DNA from: a virus
Lineage: Duplodnaviria; Caudoviricetes
Strand: one strand, 5' to 3'
Length of the DNA: 61,879 bases
IMG/VR virus record: IMGVR_UViG_3300020044_003173
Location: 1-61,879 of that record
The stretch's first letter is position 1; each line of letters opens with the position of its first letter. The notes under the pieces are model-generated. The model was not told where the DNA came from. It saw only the letters and a list, made by a program, of their open reading frames with translations, and did not search any database. A program made the position numbers and the translations under genes. Positions 1 to 9,459 of the stretch are shown here, one piece after another.

Positions 1-35
1 AAAAACTCCCCCCGAGAGCGAATCATCGGGGGGAG
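1..35 (-). terminator. Intrinsic terminator between the convergent late and early arms
   Basis: Stem CTCCCCCCGA (6-15) / TCGGGGGGAG (26-35), followed by a T-run on the minus strand. Confidence 0.65.
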
Positions 36-121
36 AGGTGGCGGAAGGAGCAACTTCCGAGGCGGACCTTAAGCTATAGCCTCCAGATACGCAACCCACG
101 CACCCCGTCTGCGATTACCAC
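1..121. repeat. Terminal direct repeat (identical to 61759-61879); circular assembly overlap
   Basis: The first 121 nt match the last 121 nt exactly. Confidence 0.95.
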
Positions 122-268
122 CTTGAACAGAACTTTGTATCCCATACGCTTAAACACGGGGCGTAGTTCTGTGCGTACTTTGCGAGGGTTCAGACAAGGG
201 AACATAATCGAGGTACCCCGCCTGAACGCCCTCCAATTTATTTCGTACTCAACCTGCTCCACTAACAC
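74..268 (-). CDS. Small hypothetical protein (possible DNA-binding, GxRxWR C-terminus)
   Basis: 64-aa ORF overlapping the primase end; co-oriented. Confidence 0.65.
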   Translation of the reverse strand: MLVEQVEYEINWRAFRRGTSIMFPCLNPRKVRTELRPVFKRMGYKVLFKVVIADGVRGLRIWRL

Positions 269-3083
269 TGGGAGCCTCGGTAGGGAGTATGGATTCTACG
301 TCCATGAAGTCGTGCGCAGTGCAATCCAAGACCAGACAATTTACACCAGGGGAGGTAATCTTCATCCCCTTGGATAGGCGCTTGAGGTCCCGGCCGATAT
401 AAATCCCCTTATTCTCCAACTCCTTAACGGTCTCTTTGAAGTTGATCTGTCGGATGGAGCAGAAGGTACGGAAGGGTCCTACCGCGAGATACATCTTCTT
501 GGTATCCGGCTCATACCGGATGTTAAGCTCCCCACGAGGCTCAAGTACCGGTAGGGCGAACCTATTACTCCGCGCGTCCACGGCGTCGTTGACCACGACG
601 ATATTTTGCATACTCGCGTTGATGTAGCTTCCAATAATAGTCCCAACGTCGGACAGGGGCGGGGCAATATCCTTGCGCATACCCATCAGCATGTCGGTCG
701 CGAAGTTATAGATCGGCTTGGCGTCCCAGTCGAACAGGTCCAGGCGCATAGCCAGCCTGCCACCGAACATATTGCACGCAACGACCGAAGACCAGAACCT
801 CTCCCGCGAGGTGAGGCGTAGCTCACTGTCGAGTTTGACCTGAAACTCCATCAGCTTCGGGAGGATGGTATCTAGGTTGTTTACCACATGGGTTATGTAC
901 TTCTCCCCCGCGTGCCCGTAATTCTCAAGGAGTTGGTGGTCGAACATCTTCTTGCCCAGAGCCACGTCGATGGCTGAAGAAGGGCTGATGCTGTACTCCA
1001 ACAGACGCATCATTTCCCCATCAGGGTTGTCCTTGATGGAGTTCATTTTCTCCTGAAACGAGGCGTTTGAGGAGCACAGAGATATGGTCTCCCAGGTCGT
1101 GACGTTATTTCTCAGGTCGTTACCCGAGCGGGTCATTCGGTCTTTGCCACGCCCTTGGCTCATATTGTAGATAAGGGGAGAGAAGTCCTTGGCCGGGAGG
1201 TTCGTCATCTCATCCACGCAATAGGGTAGGTTTCTAAGGACACCCAACCGCTGCACTTTGGAATTGAACGTATCTTCCCCGATCCCGCAAAGCCCTGCGG
1301 GGGACCCCCACACACTATTACACATGTGCAGGATCGTCGTCTTGCCCGTGCCCGATGTAGGGTGGATGACGTTAACGATGGCTCCCTTCTGCCCAAGGAA
1401 CCTCAACAGGGGGGCTCCGAACGCAGTCAGCGCGGCGAAGGCGTGGGCTTCCAGGCCAGGGCGACCAAACAGATTGAAGACTTCTCGCCACTTTTCGAAG
1501 GTGCCTTTAGAGTTCAGCATATCCGCAAATTTGGCTGTAGTGTTGGCCGGGGGGCTATAGGACACCCCGTCGCGGCTAATTTCTTTGGTTCCGAGGATGA
1601 ACTTCTTGTCGTTATCAGCCCATCCAAACTGCGTACGCATTACCTGAGCCTTTCTTTTGATCCATAAGTAGTCGGTGCACGTATAGATGTATTTAATTAC
1701 TTGGTTAAACGCTTTCTCCTCAACAAACAACAACCCCCTAGAGGCAAGGATACCACGGAGTTCTATTTTGTTGCTTAGGAGTTTATTCTGTATAGTAAAC
1801 TCACGGACGCCATCGCTGGGAGTAATTAGCTTCAAAACTACCACGTCCCCATGAGTAGGGTCGTCCATACGCTTAACAACGATGAGGGGCACTTTGCATA
1901 CTACGACTGGCCCAACCTTGTCGTCCATGTATACTATTTGGCCGTTAGATAGCTCATAGGGTGGCGCGATATCGTAGGTGGTCGGGTCCCCAACCCCTTC
2001 TTCATCTGAAGTGGGTTCTTCTTTGATAAACTCCCGCCCGAGTTGAATAGGGGTTGTTATCTTATCTAAGTGGGGGCACCCGTCGCATCCGCCAGGGTTA
2101 TTTCTTTCAAATACCTTACAGCTATGGGGGCCTCCAGCATGGGCGGCTTTTGCATCTGCGGCTGCAAACGTATACCCGGGGTATTCTTCGGACACCAAAC
2201 TGATCGCTTCCTCGCGATCCACGCATAAATTGGCAACAGATAGCGCGTCGAACCACCGTGGCTCCGCTAGGGTCGCCCGGTTCTCGTGGCAGTCCAGAAG
2301 TTGCTGGCAACCATTCCCGTTCTCACTGCGCTCAAGAATTGTACTAAAGCGGCAGACGATGTTTTCCCGCAACTTCTGTGCAAGAGGTGATAGTTCACGC
2401 CCCGGAGTGCTAACCAAGGGGGTACTAGGCGGCGTAGGTGTCGCACCTAGGAGAGTGCAAAAAGCCTCAAATGCAATGGGTTTGCCCCAATAGGCGACTT
2501 CGACTTGGCTAGGGGGGTCGTCCTTAAAATTCCATGTCCCCGGCACGCGTAGCACGCGCGCTACGTCCGTCGTCACCGAGGGGTCCACAAGCAGCCCGTG
2601 CGTAACACAGAGCGCACCTAGCGCGTGGGCTACAGGCTCCCATTGGGCACGGGTCACGGCCTCCGCGAGAGGCCAGTAGATGTGGAGCCCCCGCCCCGAG
2701 TTTACGACTATCGGTCTGGGTAGGCCCGCTATCTTGCAAAAAACCTTAAGCGCCAGTAGCCCGGCGGCTTGGTCGGGATAGCCCTTGGCCTTGCCCGTCT
2801 TGGGGTCTTTCTTGGCCTTATCGTCCCCGCAGTCGATATCCAGCCAGAAGGCTTTGAGGGATTTTACGTTGTCCTTAAGCCGGTTCTCGTCGGTTTCGAA
2901 CTTGGCTACGCCGAAGTACACATTCTGCTCAGCCTGCAAGAAGGCTTCTACAGTCTCATCAAACTCTTCTCGTGTGGCTACAAGTTTTTGTCTCGTCCTA
3001 GTAGAGCCTCCAAGCCCCAGAATGGCGAAGTAACCATCTGGAGCTTGGACTGCGGATAGCAGATCATCTTGTGACATAGGCAC
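249..3083 (-). CDS. Primase-helicase (AEP-like primase + Cys-rich domain + DUF927-like/P-loop helicase)
   Basis: WLDIDCG, SGRGLHIYW, RVLRVPGT primase motifs; CDGCPH; Walker A SGTGKTT and Walker B CVDE. Confidence 0.85.
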   Translation of the reverse strand: MPMSQDDLLSAVQAPDGYFAILGLGGSTRTRQKLVATREEFDETVEAFLQAEQNVYFGVAKFETDENRLKDNVKSLKAFWLDIDCGDDKAKKDPKTGKAKGYPDQAAGLLALKVFCKIAGLPRPIVVNSGRGLHIYWPLAEAVTRAQWEPVAHALGALCVTHGLLVDPSVTTDVARVLRVPGTWNFKDDPPSQVEVAYWGKPIAFEAFCTLLGATPTPPSTPLVSTPGRELSPLAQKLRENIVCRFSTILERSENGNGCQQLLDCHENRATLAEPRWFDALSVANLCVDREEAISLVSEEYPGYTFAAADAKAAHAGGPHSCKVFERNNPGGCDGCPHLDKITTPIQLGREFIKEEPTSDEEGVGDPTTYDIAPPYELSNGQIVYMDDKVGPVVVCKVPLIVVKRMDDPTHGDVVVLKLITPSDGVREFTIQNKLLSNKIELRGILASRGLLFVEEKAFNQVIKYIYTCTDYLWIKRKAQVMRTQFGWADNDKKFILGTKEISRDGVSYSPPANTTAKFADMLNSKGTFEKWREVFNLFGRPGLEAHAFAALTAFGAPLLRFLGQKGAIVNVIHPTSGTGKTTILHMCNSVWGSPAGLCGIGEDTFNSKVQRLGVLRNLPYCVDEMTNLPAKDFSPLIYNMSQGRGKDRMTRSGNDLRNNVTTWETISLCSSNASFQEKMNSIKDNPDGEMMRLLEYSISPSSAIDVALGKKMFDHQLLENYGHAGEKYITHVVNNLDTILPKLMEFQVKLDSELRLTSRERFWSSVVACNMFGGRLAMRLDLFDWDAKPIYNFATDMLMGMRKDIAPPLSDVGTIIGSYINASMQNIVVVNDAVDARSNRFALPVLEPRGELNIRYEPDTKKMYLAVGPFRTFCSIRQINFKETVKELENKGIYIGRDLKRLSKGMKITSPGVNCLVLDCTAHDFMDVESILPTEAPSVSGAG

Positions 3084-3137
3084 CAGCCACCGCAGGGTTA
3101 TCCCTGTTATTTTTTCAACAAAAGGGTCCTAACCCCC

Positions 3138-3392
3138 CTAGCGGATAGTGCGCAGGTAGTCCTTTATGGCTGGGGCAAGAAGCCTACTGGGGACGCACAC
3201 CCCGCAAAACCAATTGTAGACGGTCTGCCTGGAGACCTTCATGTGTTTTGCAACTTCCCTGACCGGGACGCCGTGCTGTAGGCACGCGGCCCCCAGTTCT
3301 ATCCCCAACAGTGCTTCTCTAGGCTTCCCGTAGTGCGCTTGGAGCGCACTACGGTTCTTCTCGCTAAGGAGTAGGGTGTAACCTTGGCTCAT
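3138..3392 (-). CDS. Cro/XRE-like HTH protein
   Basis: VREVAKHMKVSRQTVYNWF helix-turn-helix. Confidence 0.8.
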   Translation of the reverse strand: MSQGYTLLLSEKNRSALQAHYGKPREALLGIELGAACLQHGVPVREVAKHMKVSRQTVYNWFCGVCVPSRLLAPAIKDYLRTIR

Positions 3393-3398
3393 AATATC

Positions 3399-4298
3399 CT
3401 ACTCGTCATCCGTCCATGCATCCATAGCTGACGCGAGGGCTGGTTTAATGGGCGCGGCTTCGGCCTTCTTGGTGTACGTGCGCTTGGTGGGCGCGGCAAC
3501 CACCTCTTCTTCCTCTTCCTCAGGCTCCGCCGTACGTGCAACCCGCGCAGCGGGGGCAGCCGCAGGGGGCTTCGGCACCTTATCCGCTTGCGCCACCACC
3601 AGCTTGGTAAGCCGCTCAGTAGCTGGGTCTTCCTGAGCCAGGGTCACAAGTTCAAGCTCTTCGTCGCTGATCTCCCGCACCGGGGAGAACAGAAGCTCCA
3701 TAGAGTCCGCGTTCAGGTCGTACGCAATCGTAGTCACAACCCGGTCGATGGAGAACCCGTTGGCAGGGAGGTAGTTCTTGTAGCTCTCGAACGGATGGAC
3801 GTTAGCGGTGCCCTTGCCAAACAGAGACTTGGCAGGGATGCTGAACTGATAAACGTCTCCGGACGTATCCCCCTCAAGAAGCACCGCGATGCGCCGCTGG
3901 TACCGGCAAGCCCGGCTACCTTGCTTACCCGAGCCCTTCACATTTTGGGGGCAGGTTGCGCAGGTGGCGGACTGGCGGTTAGACGCCGCAGTCTCGGGCT
4001 TATCTCCCAGGTTAGACCAGCAGTCAGGGAGGGTCGCCTTGGCGTTAGGGTCGTACTCAGCCTCGTAGAAAACCCGTGACACCTTATCCAGGGCCGCGAC
4101 GATGATGACGTTGATCTCGCCACGGACGGCGTTGCCGATCTGCTCCCCGTTGATGATACGCTTGAAGGTGCCGTTCGTATTGGTCTGGATGCGCCGCGTG
4201 CTATCCGGAGCCGCCAGGGACTTAGCCAGTGCGCTAAGCTCCCGCTTACCAGCGTAGGTGGGGGCGGTTTGGTTCTTAAAGATGGTGATGTTGCTCAT
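3399..4298 (-). CDS. Putative ssDNA-binding/annealing protein
   Basis: Replication module; CWS...CATCPQN...C motif; acidic tail ending WTDDE. Confidence 0.6.
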   Translation of the reverse strand: MSNITIFKNQTAPTYAGKRELSALAKSLAAPDSTRRIQTNTNGTFKRIINGEQIGNAVRGEINVIIVAALDKVSRVFYEAEYDPNAKATLPDCWSNLGDKPETAASNRQSATCATCPQNVKGSGKQGSRACRYQRRIAVLLEGDTSGDVYQFSIPAKSLFGKGTANVHPFESYKNYLPANGFSIDRVVTTIAYDLNADSMELLFSPVREISDEELELVTLAQEDPATERLTKLVVAQADKVPKPPAAAPAARVARTAEPEEEEEEVVAAPTKRTYTKKAEAAPIKPALASAMDAWTDDE

Positions 4299-4310
4299 CG
4301 GGTGTATTCC

Positions 4311-4715
4311 CTAGCGTGCCGTAGGACGGCGGATTTGGATGGTGAACTTGTTTTCGGCTTGAAGGCCCATAGGGACTTCATCCGGGTTATCCTCAAGAAA
4401 TTGGCGCATCATAGTGTTGCTGATCCGGCGCTCCAGAAGGAACGGAGCCTCGTGCTCACTGATGAACGCATACATAGCCTCCCAGTCGTTAGTCCAATAG
4501 CGGGAGGTAACTCTCCGGGAGACGGTGCCAGCAGCGGTCTTAATGCTGTCGGCGTGCTGCTCGTTACATACATCTAGCAGCGCGGTGCTTATGGCGTCTT
4601 GTTGTTCCTTTAGTTCAGCGATCTCGGCTTTGTGCGCGGCTTCCCGCTCCGAGATGGTATCCCGCAGGACTATGTACTCTGCCACGAGCACGTCAAGGGG
4701 TGTATCGGTAGGCAT
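4311..4715 (-). CDS. Hypothetical coiled-coil protein (Gam/Gp157-like)
   Basis: N-terminal coiled coil; conserved-looking SIKTAAGTV and DWEAMYAFI segments; AGGAG SD. Confidence 0.6.
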   Translation of the reverse strand: MPTDTPLDVLVAEYIVLRDTISEREAAHKAEIAELKEQQDAISTALLDVCNEQHADSIKTAAGTVSRRVTSRYWTNDWEAMYAFISEHEAPFLLERRISNTMMRQFLEDNPDEVPMGLQAENKFTIQIRRPTAR

Positions 4716-4738
4716 CGGTTGCTCCTTTTTATACCCCC

Positions 4739-4766
4739 ATTATGAGGGGTATTTTTACAATGTCAA
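4739..4766 (-). promoter_or_regulatory. Sigma70-type promoter
   Basis: TTGACA-16nt-CATAAT on the minus strand upstream of 4715. Confidence 0.6.
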
Positions 4767-6145
4767 GCAGCTTCTTCGATCTCTTGGCGGTACAGGTCCA
4801 CGATCTTTTCGTGGTTCGTGATGTTATTCCTAAGCATGGTGTAGAGGCGACGCTCGACATCGCTACCTTGGATATGCACCACACACATGGAATTTTTCTG
4901 CCCAGGGCGGTTAATGCGCGCATTAGCCTGGAGATAAGTCTCCACACTTGTAACCGGCGCGTACCAGATCACCGTGTCCGCAGCCGTCAGGGTCAGCCCG
5001 TGGGAAGCCGCTTGAGGCTGGATAATCAGCACACGAGGCTCGACCTTCGTTTGGAAATCCTGAATGATCTCGTTGCGCTTGTTGACCGACACCGGCCCGT
5101 TGATAACCGCACAGCTAATATTGTGCTTCTCCAAATGCTCCCGTAGAAGCGTTATCGTGTGGGTGAAGGGGACGAAGATAAGAACCTTGTGGGAGGCTTC
5201 TTCGATAACCTCACGGACGACATTAAGCCGGTTGCTCACATCGAACTCTAGGGTGCTGCCATCATCGGCGTACACCGCCCCACCGGAAATTTGCAGGAGC
5301 TTGTTCAAGTTGGTCGCCGCATTGATCGCCGTAACTGCGTCGCCCCCGGCTTCGAACGTCATCTGGAGTTTTAGCTTCTTGTAGTAGGAAGCTTGTTGCG
5401 GGGTCAGCGGCGCATCCCGGTCCACGTAGGTCACGTCTGGTAGGTCAAGGCACTGCGACCGCTCAAACCGGATCGCCGGTTGCAACATCTGATGCACGAG
5501 AGCCTCGGCGTGCGGCTTAGGAGCCCACTTAAACTGGGTAATGCGGTACATCACCATATCGCGGAACTGGCCGTAGTACTTGGGAGTGCCCGCCGGGTTG
5601 ATAAGTTTAGCCAACCCATAAGCGTCGAGGGGGGACTGCGCGGCGGGCGTACCCGTGAGCATCCACATACCCTTAGCAGTTGCAGCGACCTTGTTGAGCA
5701 CCTTCCACCGCTGGGTCGCGGGGTTCTTCACGAAATTAGCCTCGTCCACGACGATAAGGTCGAACCCCCCGGCCATGACTTCGTTCATGACGGAAGCGAG
5801 CCCATCGAAGTTAATAATCACAAACTCCGCCTTGGAGTTGACGACCTTCTTCCGGACAGGTGCGCTACCGTACGCAACGGCTACACTACGGTGCATGGCG
5901 AACTTGAACAGGTCTTGTTGCCAAGCGGACTTCATGATGGATAGGGGGCATACAACCAGCACGCGCCGAACCTTACCCAGGTTCATAAGGTAGTCCGCAG
6001 CCCAGATAACGGCGGCTGTCTTGCCGGTGCCCGCCTCGGAGAAACAGAAAGCCTTCTTGCGAGAAGACAGAAACTCAGCCGTCGCCTCTTGGTGGGTGAA
6101 GGGCTTGAGCTTACCCGTCCACCGGTAGTCAGTAAGGATACTCAT
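4763..6145 (-). CDS. SNF2-family (SF2) helicase
   Basis: GTGKT, VVDEA, LTGTP, HGLTLT, QANARINRPGQ motifs. Confidence 0.92.
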   Translation of the reverse strand: MSILTDYRWTGKLKPFTHQEATAEFLSSRKKAFCFSEAGTGKTAAVIWAADYLMNLGKVRRVLVVCPLSIMKSAWQQDLFKFAMHRSVAVAYGSAPVRKKVVNSKAEFVIINFDGLASVMNEVMAGGFDLIVVDEANFVKNPATQRWKVLNKVAATAKGMWMLTGTPAAQSPLDAYGLAKLINPAGTPKYYGQFRDMVMYRITQFKWAPKPHAEALVHQMLQPAIRFERSQCLDLPDVTYVDRDAPLTPQQASYYKKLKLQMTFEAGGDAVTAINAATNLNKLLQISGGAVYADDGSTLEFDVSNRLNVVREVIEEASHKVLIFVPFTHTITLLREHLEKHNISCAVINGPVSVNKRNEIIQDFQTKVEPRVLIIQPQAASHGLTLTAADTVIWYAPVTSVETYLQANARINRPGQKNSMCVVHIQGSDVERRLYTMLRNNITNHEKIVDLYRQEIEEAA

Positions 6146-6164
6146 GGAGGGGGCTCCGGTGTTT

Positions 6165-6338
6165 TCAGGTATTAATTTTTTTACTCAAAAACAGCACATC
6201 AAGCCCAGGGTAAATAAGTCCTGCAACTACCCATCGGGGCAAGGGATCGCCTTCTTTCCGGGTAAAGAGAAATTCTTCGTACAGCTTTGCAAATTTCTCC
6301 TTATCTAATATGTCGTCTACAGTTACTTCTTTATCCAT
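6165..6338 (-). CDS. Hypothetical protein, 57 aa (MDKEVTVDDILDK...)
   Basis: Read manually; fills the gap between the HNH and helicase genes. Confidence 0.5.
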   Translation of the reverse strand: MDKEVTVDDILDKEKFAKLYEEFLFTRKEGDPLPRWVVAGLIYPGLDVLFLSKKINT

Positions 6339-6353
6339 CACCCTACCCCCCGG

Positions 6354-6623
6354 TTATTTTATCGAGTGATCTTTATTCCGCTTGAATGACCGATTAGCGT
6401 GAGCCGTCTTCACGCGCAGGTTGCCCGGTGCGTTGCTGCCCCCCTTGGACAGGGGCTTGGCGTGGTCCACGTCCTTGCCGTCACCCTTGTGCACACGACC
6501 AGCCTTAGCGAGCTTGGCCCGCGCGGCGTTGCGCTCGGCGCGGTTTTTCTTCTGCTCCTCAGTGCCTTGGTACGTATCGTACTCGCGGCGGTAGTTCCGG
6601 TCAGACTTGTCCTTGTAGGGCAT
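6354..6623 (-). CDS. Small HNH endonuclease-like protein
   Basis: DVDHAKPLSKGGSN..NL......NRS; TGATG coupling with the upstream gene. Confidence 0.8.
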   Translation of the reverse strand: MPYKDKSDRNYRREYDTYQGTEEQKKNRAERNAARAKLAKAGRVHKGDGKDVDHAKPLSKGGSNAPGNLRVKTAHANRSFKRNKDHSIK

Positions 6624-7294
6624 CACCACCTCCTAGGCTTATGATGCGGACATTCTGTCACGGGACACCACCCGCATAAAGGGCCACTTATAGGATTGAA
6701 CACACCCGACTGCTCAGCCGCCTCAAGGCGCTCAAGCTCCGCGTCGAACACGCTCAGGTAAGTGTCCCGATCCGTACAGTTATGTTCTTTGGTTATGAGG
6801 TCGCCGCTGACGACGTAGGCCAGGGCGGACTTGACTTCCTCCACCTCAGGGAAATGCACGAAGATAGCACCCGCCAGAAGGTCTAGCTGCTTAGGGTCTG
6901 CATACCGGGCGTTCTTACCCGTCTTGTAGTCCACCAAACGGGCTTTGGGGCCGTTGATCACAACCAGATCAGCGATACCCCGCCACCACACGCCATTATC
7001 AAAGAAGCCGCAAGGCTCGTAGCCACCATCTACCTTGCGCAACGCGAGCTTCAACTCGCAGTGCTTCTCCCCGTCAAGCCGCTTAAGCGAAGCCAGGATA
7101 GGCTCCATGTATCGGTACTTAGCGGGGATAGGCACATCGGACTTTACGTGGTCTTCGGCAGCCTTGTGCACATCCTGCCCATATATAGAAGCTTCGCTAC
7201 CTTGGTCCTTAACGTCGCGAGCGATCTTAAGGTGGTAGTACTTCTTAGGGCACTGATCGAACGTCTTGATGCTGCTGTAGGACCACGTAACCAT
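6623..7294 (-). CDS. PD-(D/E)XK exonuclease (Cas4/RecB-like)
   Basis: WSYSSIKTFDQCP, GIADL, DYKTGK, QL, C-terminal CGWCPVTEC. Confidence 0.88.
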   Translation of the reverse strand: MVTWSYSSIKTFDQCPKKYYHLKIARDVKDQGSEASIYGQDVHKAAEDHVKSDVPIPAKYRYMEPILASLKRLDGEKHCELKLALRKVDGGYEPCGFFDNGVWWRGIADLVVINGPKARLVDYKTGKNARYADPKQLDLLAGAIFVHFPEVEEVKSALAYVVSGDLITKEHNCTDRDTYLSVFDAELERLEAAEQSGVFNPISGPLCGWCPVTECPHHKPRRW

Positions 7295-7296
7295 TG

Positions 7297-7506
7297 TTAC
7301 TCCGGCTTGGGTTTGGCTTTTGGCTTGGCCTTGTGCGCCAGCCGGGCTTCTAGGATACGGACTTCTTCCTTCAAAGTCTCGACCTGGGCTTGGTACTCCC
7401 GGTTCTGCTTGCTCAGGAAAATAACAGACTCCTCAAGCCCGTTCCGATCCTTGGACACAACGGTTAGGGCGTGGTTGAGGTGGTGGATGGTGGACCAGGG
7501 CCACAT
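7297..7506 (-). CDS. Hypothetical coiled-coil protein
   Basis: 69-aa ORF in a tightly packed operon. Confidence 0.6.
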   Translation of the reverse strand: MWPWSTIHHLNHALTVVSKDRNGLEESVIFLSKQNREYQAQVETLKEEVRILEARLAHKAKPKAKPKPE

Positions 7507-8039
7507 TATTTCGCCTCCAAATGATCAACGACCAGTGTAGCATACCCGGCGATATCCCGCCAGCTATCCACAAAGCTCGGGTCTCCGTTAACGATCCGCG
7601 CCAGCTTGGAACTGATCATATGCAAGGCTTCTAGCTGCACAACAGACCCCAAGTCCCCCGTAGTCATCCTCGCGGAAGCGAGCGTGTTCATAATATTATG
7701 GGTGGTGTTAGCCACGTCCTTAAAGTCGCCGTAGGTCTTCTGGCGATCTTGGAGGATAGCCTTGACAGGCTTCGGCTCTGCTTTGGGAGGGAGGTAATTA
7801 TCTTGAAGCGTGGTCCCGCGCCCCTTACCCATCTCGGGCAGAATAGCCTCGAAATCCACCGGCTTCGCCACGAAGGGCTTCGTCTTCTTCTTAGTCGGCT
7901 TATTGAAAAGCTGTCGGCGGTACTCATAGAAGTTACCATTGCCAACGCCGTAAAGTTCGAACGCTTGCTTGTAGGTAAGGTTCGGGTCTGCGCGCAGGTG
8001 GTCTTCGACTAGGGCTCGGATAGTCTTAGTTTCACTCAT
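7506..8039 (-). CDS. DUF6378-like protein
   Basis: ILQDRQKTYGDF...KLARIVNGDP..DSWRDIAGYA; start taken at MSETKT. Confidence 0.7.
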   Translation of the reverse strand: MSETKTIRALVEDHLRADPNLTYKQAFELYGVGNGNFYEYRRQLFNKPTKKKTKPFVAKPVDFEAILPEMGKGRGTTLQDNYLPPKAEPKPVKAILQDRQKTYGDFKDVANTTHNIMNTLASARMTTGDLGSVVQLEALHMISSKLARIVNGDPSFVDSWRDIAGYATLVVDHLEAK

Positions 8040-8050
8040 TTGCTCCATCC

Positions 8051-8833
8051 TCATTTGAGATTGCCACCGGACTTCACGATATCTCCGGTGTAAATATGGG
8101 TACCAACGTGGTCTAACTTTATGAACGGGTTGGCGTAGACCTTGCCACCGTGTTTGCGCCATAACTCGCAGAAGTGATAATCCTCCGAGAGCAGTGCGCC
8201 CGTTTCATCGATACTCGTCGCAAAGAACTCCTGTGTCAAGGGTTGGACAAAGTTTCCTTCGTCGTCGGTGAACGTGGTGGTCCTATATGAGGGCACTTTG
8301 TCAGCCAGCGTCTCAAAAACACTGCGCTTGATTAGCATGAAGCCCGTGCCGCCGTGGCGCACTTCAACCATACCCTCGGGGTCAGTCTCAGCGTGCTCAG
8401 TGCCGATCATATTGAAAACGAACGCTCCGCCGTAGTCCTTGAGCCCTGTCTTACCTTGCCCTGCGGCGGCCTCGACCTTAGCCCAGTCGATTTCCTTCTT
8501 AGGGTAAATCCCACACGCTATATCTCGGTCGGCTGCTAGAAGCTGCGCTACGTCCATCGGACCAAAAGAGATGTCCGCATCGATGAACATAAGGTAGTCT
8601 AGGTTTTTCTCTAAGAAGAGCCTAACGAGTGAGTTACGAGCCCTAGTTATCAGACTTTCGTTCATGATCTGCGCCCAAAACACGGGGACGCCTAGCTCAC
8701 GCATCTTAGCAACAGTGCCCAGCAGTCCTTGGACGTACAGCCCAGTGCACATGCCCCCGTACATAGGCGTAGCAATCATAATAGAAGGGCGTGCTTTAGG
8801 GTCTCTTACAGCTACCTTAACTTCATCGTTCAA
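8051..8833 (-). CDS. GT-A fold glycosyltransferase-like protein (copy 1)
   Basis: IATPMYGG, ESLITRARN, FIDAD (DxD), GTGFMLIKR, SEDYHFC, HVG. Confidence 0.75.
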   Translation of the reverse strand: MNDEVKVAVRDPKARPSIMIATPMYGGMCTGLYVQGLLGTVAKMRELGVPVFWAQIMNESLITRARNSLVRLFLEKNLDYLMFIDADISFGPMDVAQLLAADRDIACGIYPKKEIDWAKVEAAAGQGKTGLKDYGGAFVFNMIGTEHAETDPEGMVEVRHGGTGFMLIKRSVFETLADKVPSYRTTTFTDDEGNFVQPLTQEFFATSIDETGALLSEDYHFCELWRKHGGKVYANPFIKLDHVGTHIYTGDIVKSGGNLK

Positions 8834-9032
8834 GGGTCCAGCCCGCCTTTCGTGCAGCCTTCACCGCCTCGCGGTAGAGCTTCCTTTGAGATGTGAAAAT
8901 CTTGTTCAGCAGGTCCGGGTCCGCCACCGTGCACTTCGCGAGGGCGTCCTCTAGGTTCTTAACCGCCTCAAGGGTCTTACCCCCTATTAGGCGCACGGCT
9001 TTCACTTCGATATAGGTGGGGTGGTAGATCAT
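8823..9032 (-). CDS. Hypothetical protein
   Basis: Overlapping, co-oriented ORF. Confidence 0.55.
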   Translation of the reverse strand: MIYHPTYIEVKAVRLIGGKTLEAVKNLEDALAKCTVADPDLLNKIFTSQRKLYREAVKAARKAGWTLER

Positions 9033-9319
9033 TCGTCCGTCCCCGTCTGCTCGATGTAACCCTCACGCCAAGTCTCAATGACCTGACGTTGCCGCTCGAT
9101 CTCACGCATGGCGCACTCGTAGTGCTGCGGCCCCCAAGAAAAACATGTTTCCCCATGAGTTCCGATACGGTTTAGTCTGTTTTCCTCGTAGTGCAGAGCT
9201 TTAGTGAGGCGTTCGATTTGGGTTACACCCCACTCCCGCGCATTATCCCGCTCCTTAGTCAGTCGTTCGATCTCTTCTTCAGCGCGGTCGTATTCGGTGA
9301 TCTCGGGATGGTTGGTCAT
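9029..9319 (-). CDS. Hypothetical coiled-coil protein
   Basis: ATGA overlaps at both ends. Confidence 0.6.
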   Translation of the reverse strand: MTNHPEITEYDRAEEEIERLTKERDNAREWGVTQIERLTKALHYEENRLNRIGTHGETCFSWGPQHYECAMREIERQRQVIETWREGYIEQTGTDE

Positions 9320-9450
9320 CTCACACCTCTATGGACTGCACCAAACTCACGAACTACCAACGGCGCGGGGCGGCTCAGGTAGAAGCCTAGGGACAACCCC
9401 ACTACGGCAGCCACGAGAAGGAAGAGAAATTGCTTTCTTGGATTGAACAT
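9316..9450 (-). CDS. Small membrane protein, 44 aa (MFNPRKQFLFLLVAAVVGLSLGFYL...)
   Basis: Read manually; AGGAG SD, one TM helix, ATGA overlap. Confidence 0.6.
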   Translation of the reverse strand: MFNPRKQFLFLLVAAVVGLSLGFYLSRPAPLVVREFGAVHRGVR

Positions 9451-9459
9451 TAGTTGCTC

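Noticed and set aside
1-121. Terminal repeat as biological direct terminal repeats
   Set aside because: It cuts through a gene end, and its length fits a k-mer overlap of a circular assembly; it is not evidence of physical ends
6623-7294. Cas4 as part of a CRISPR system
   Set aside because: Stand-alone phage PD-(D/E)XK exonuclease in a replication module
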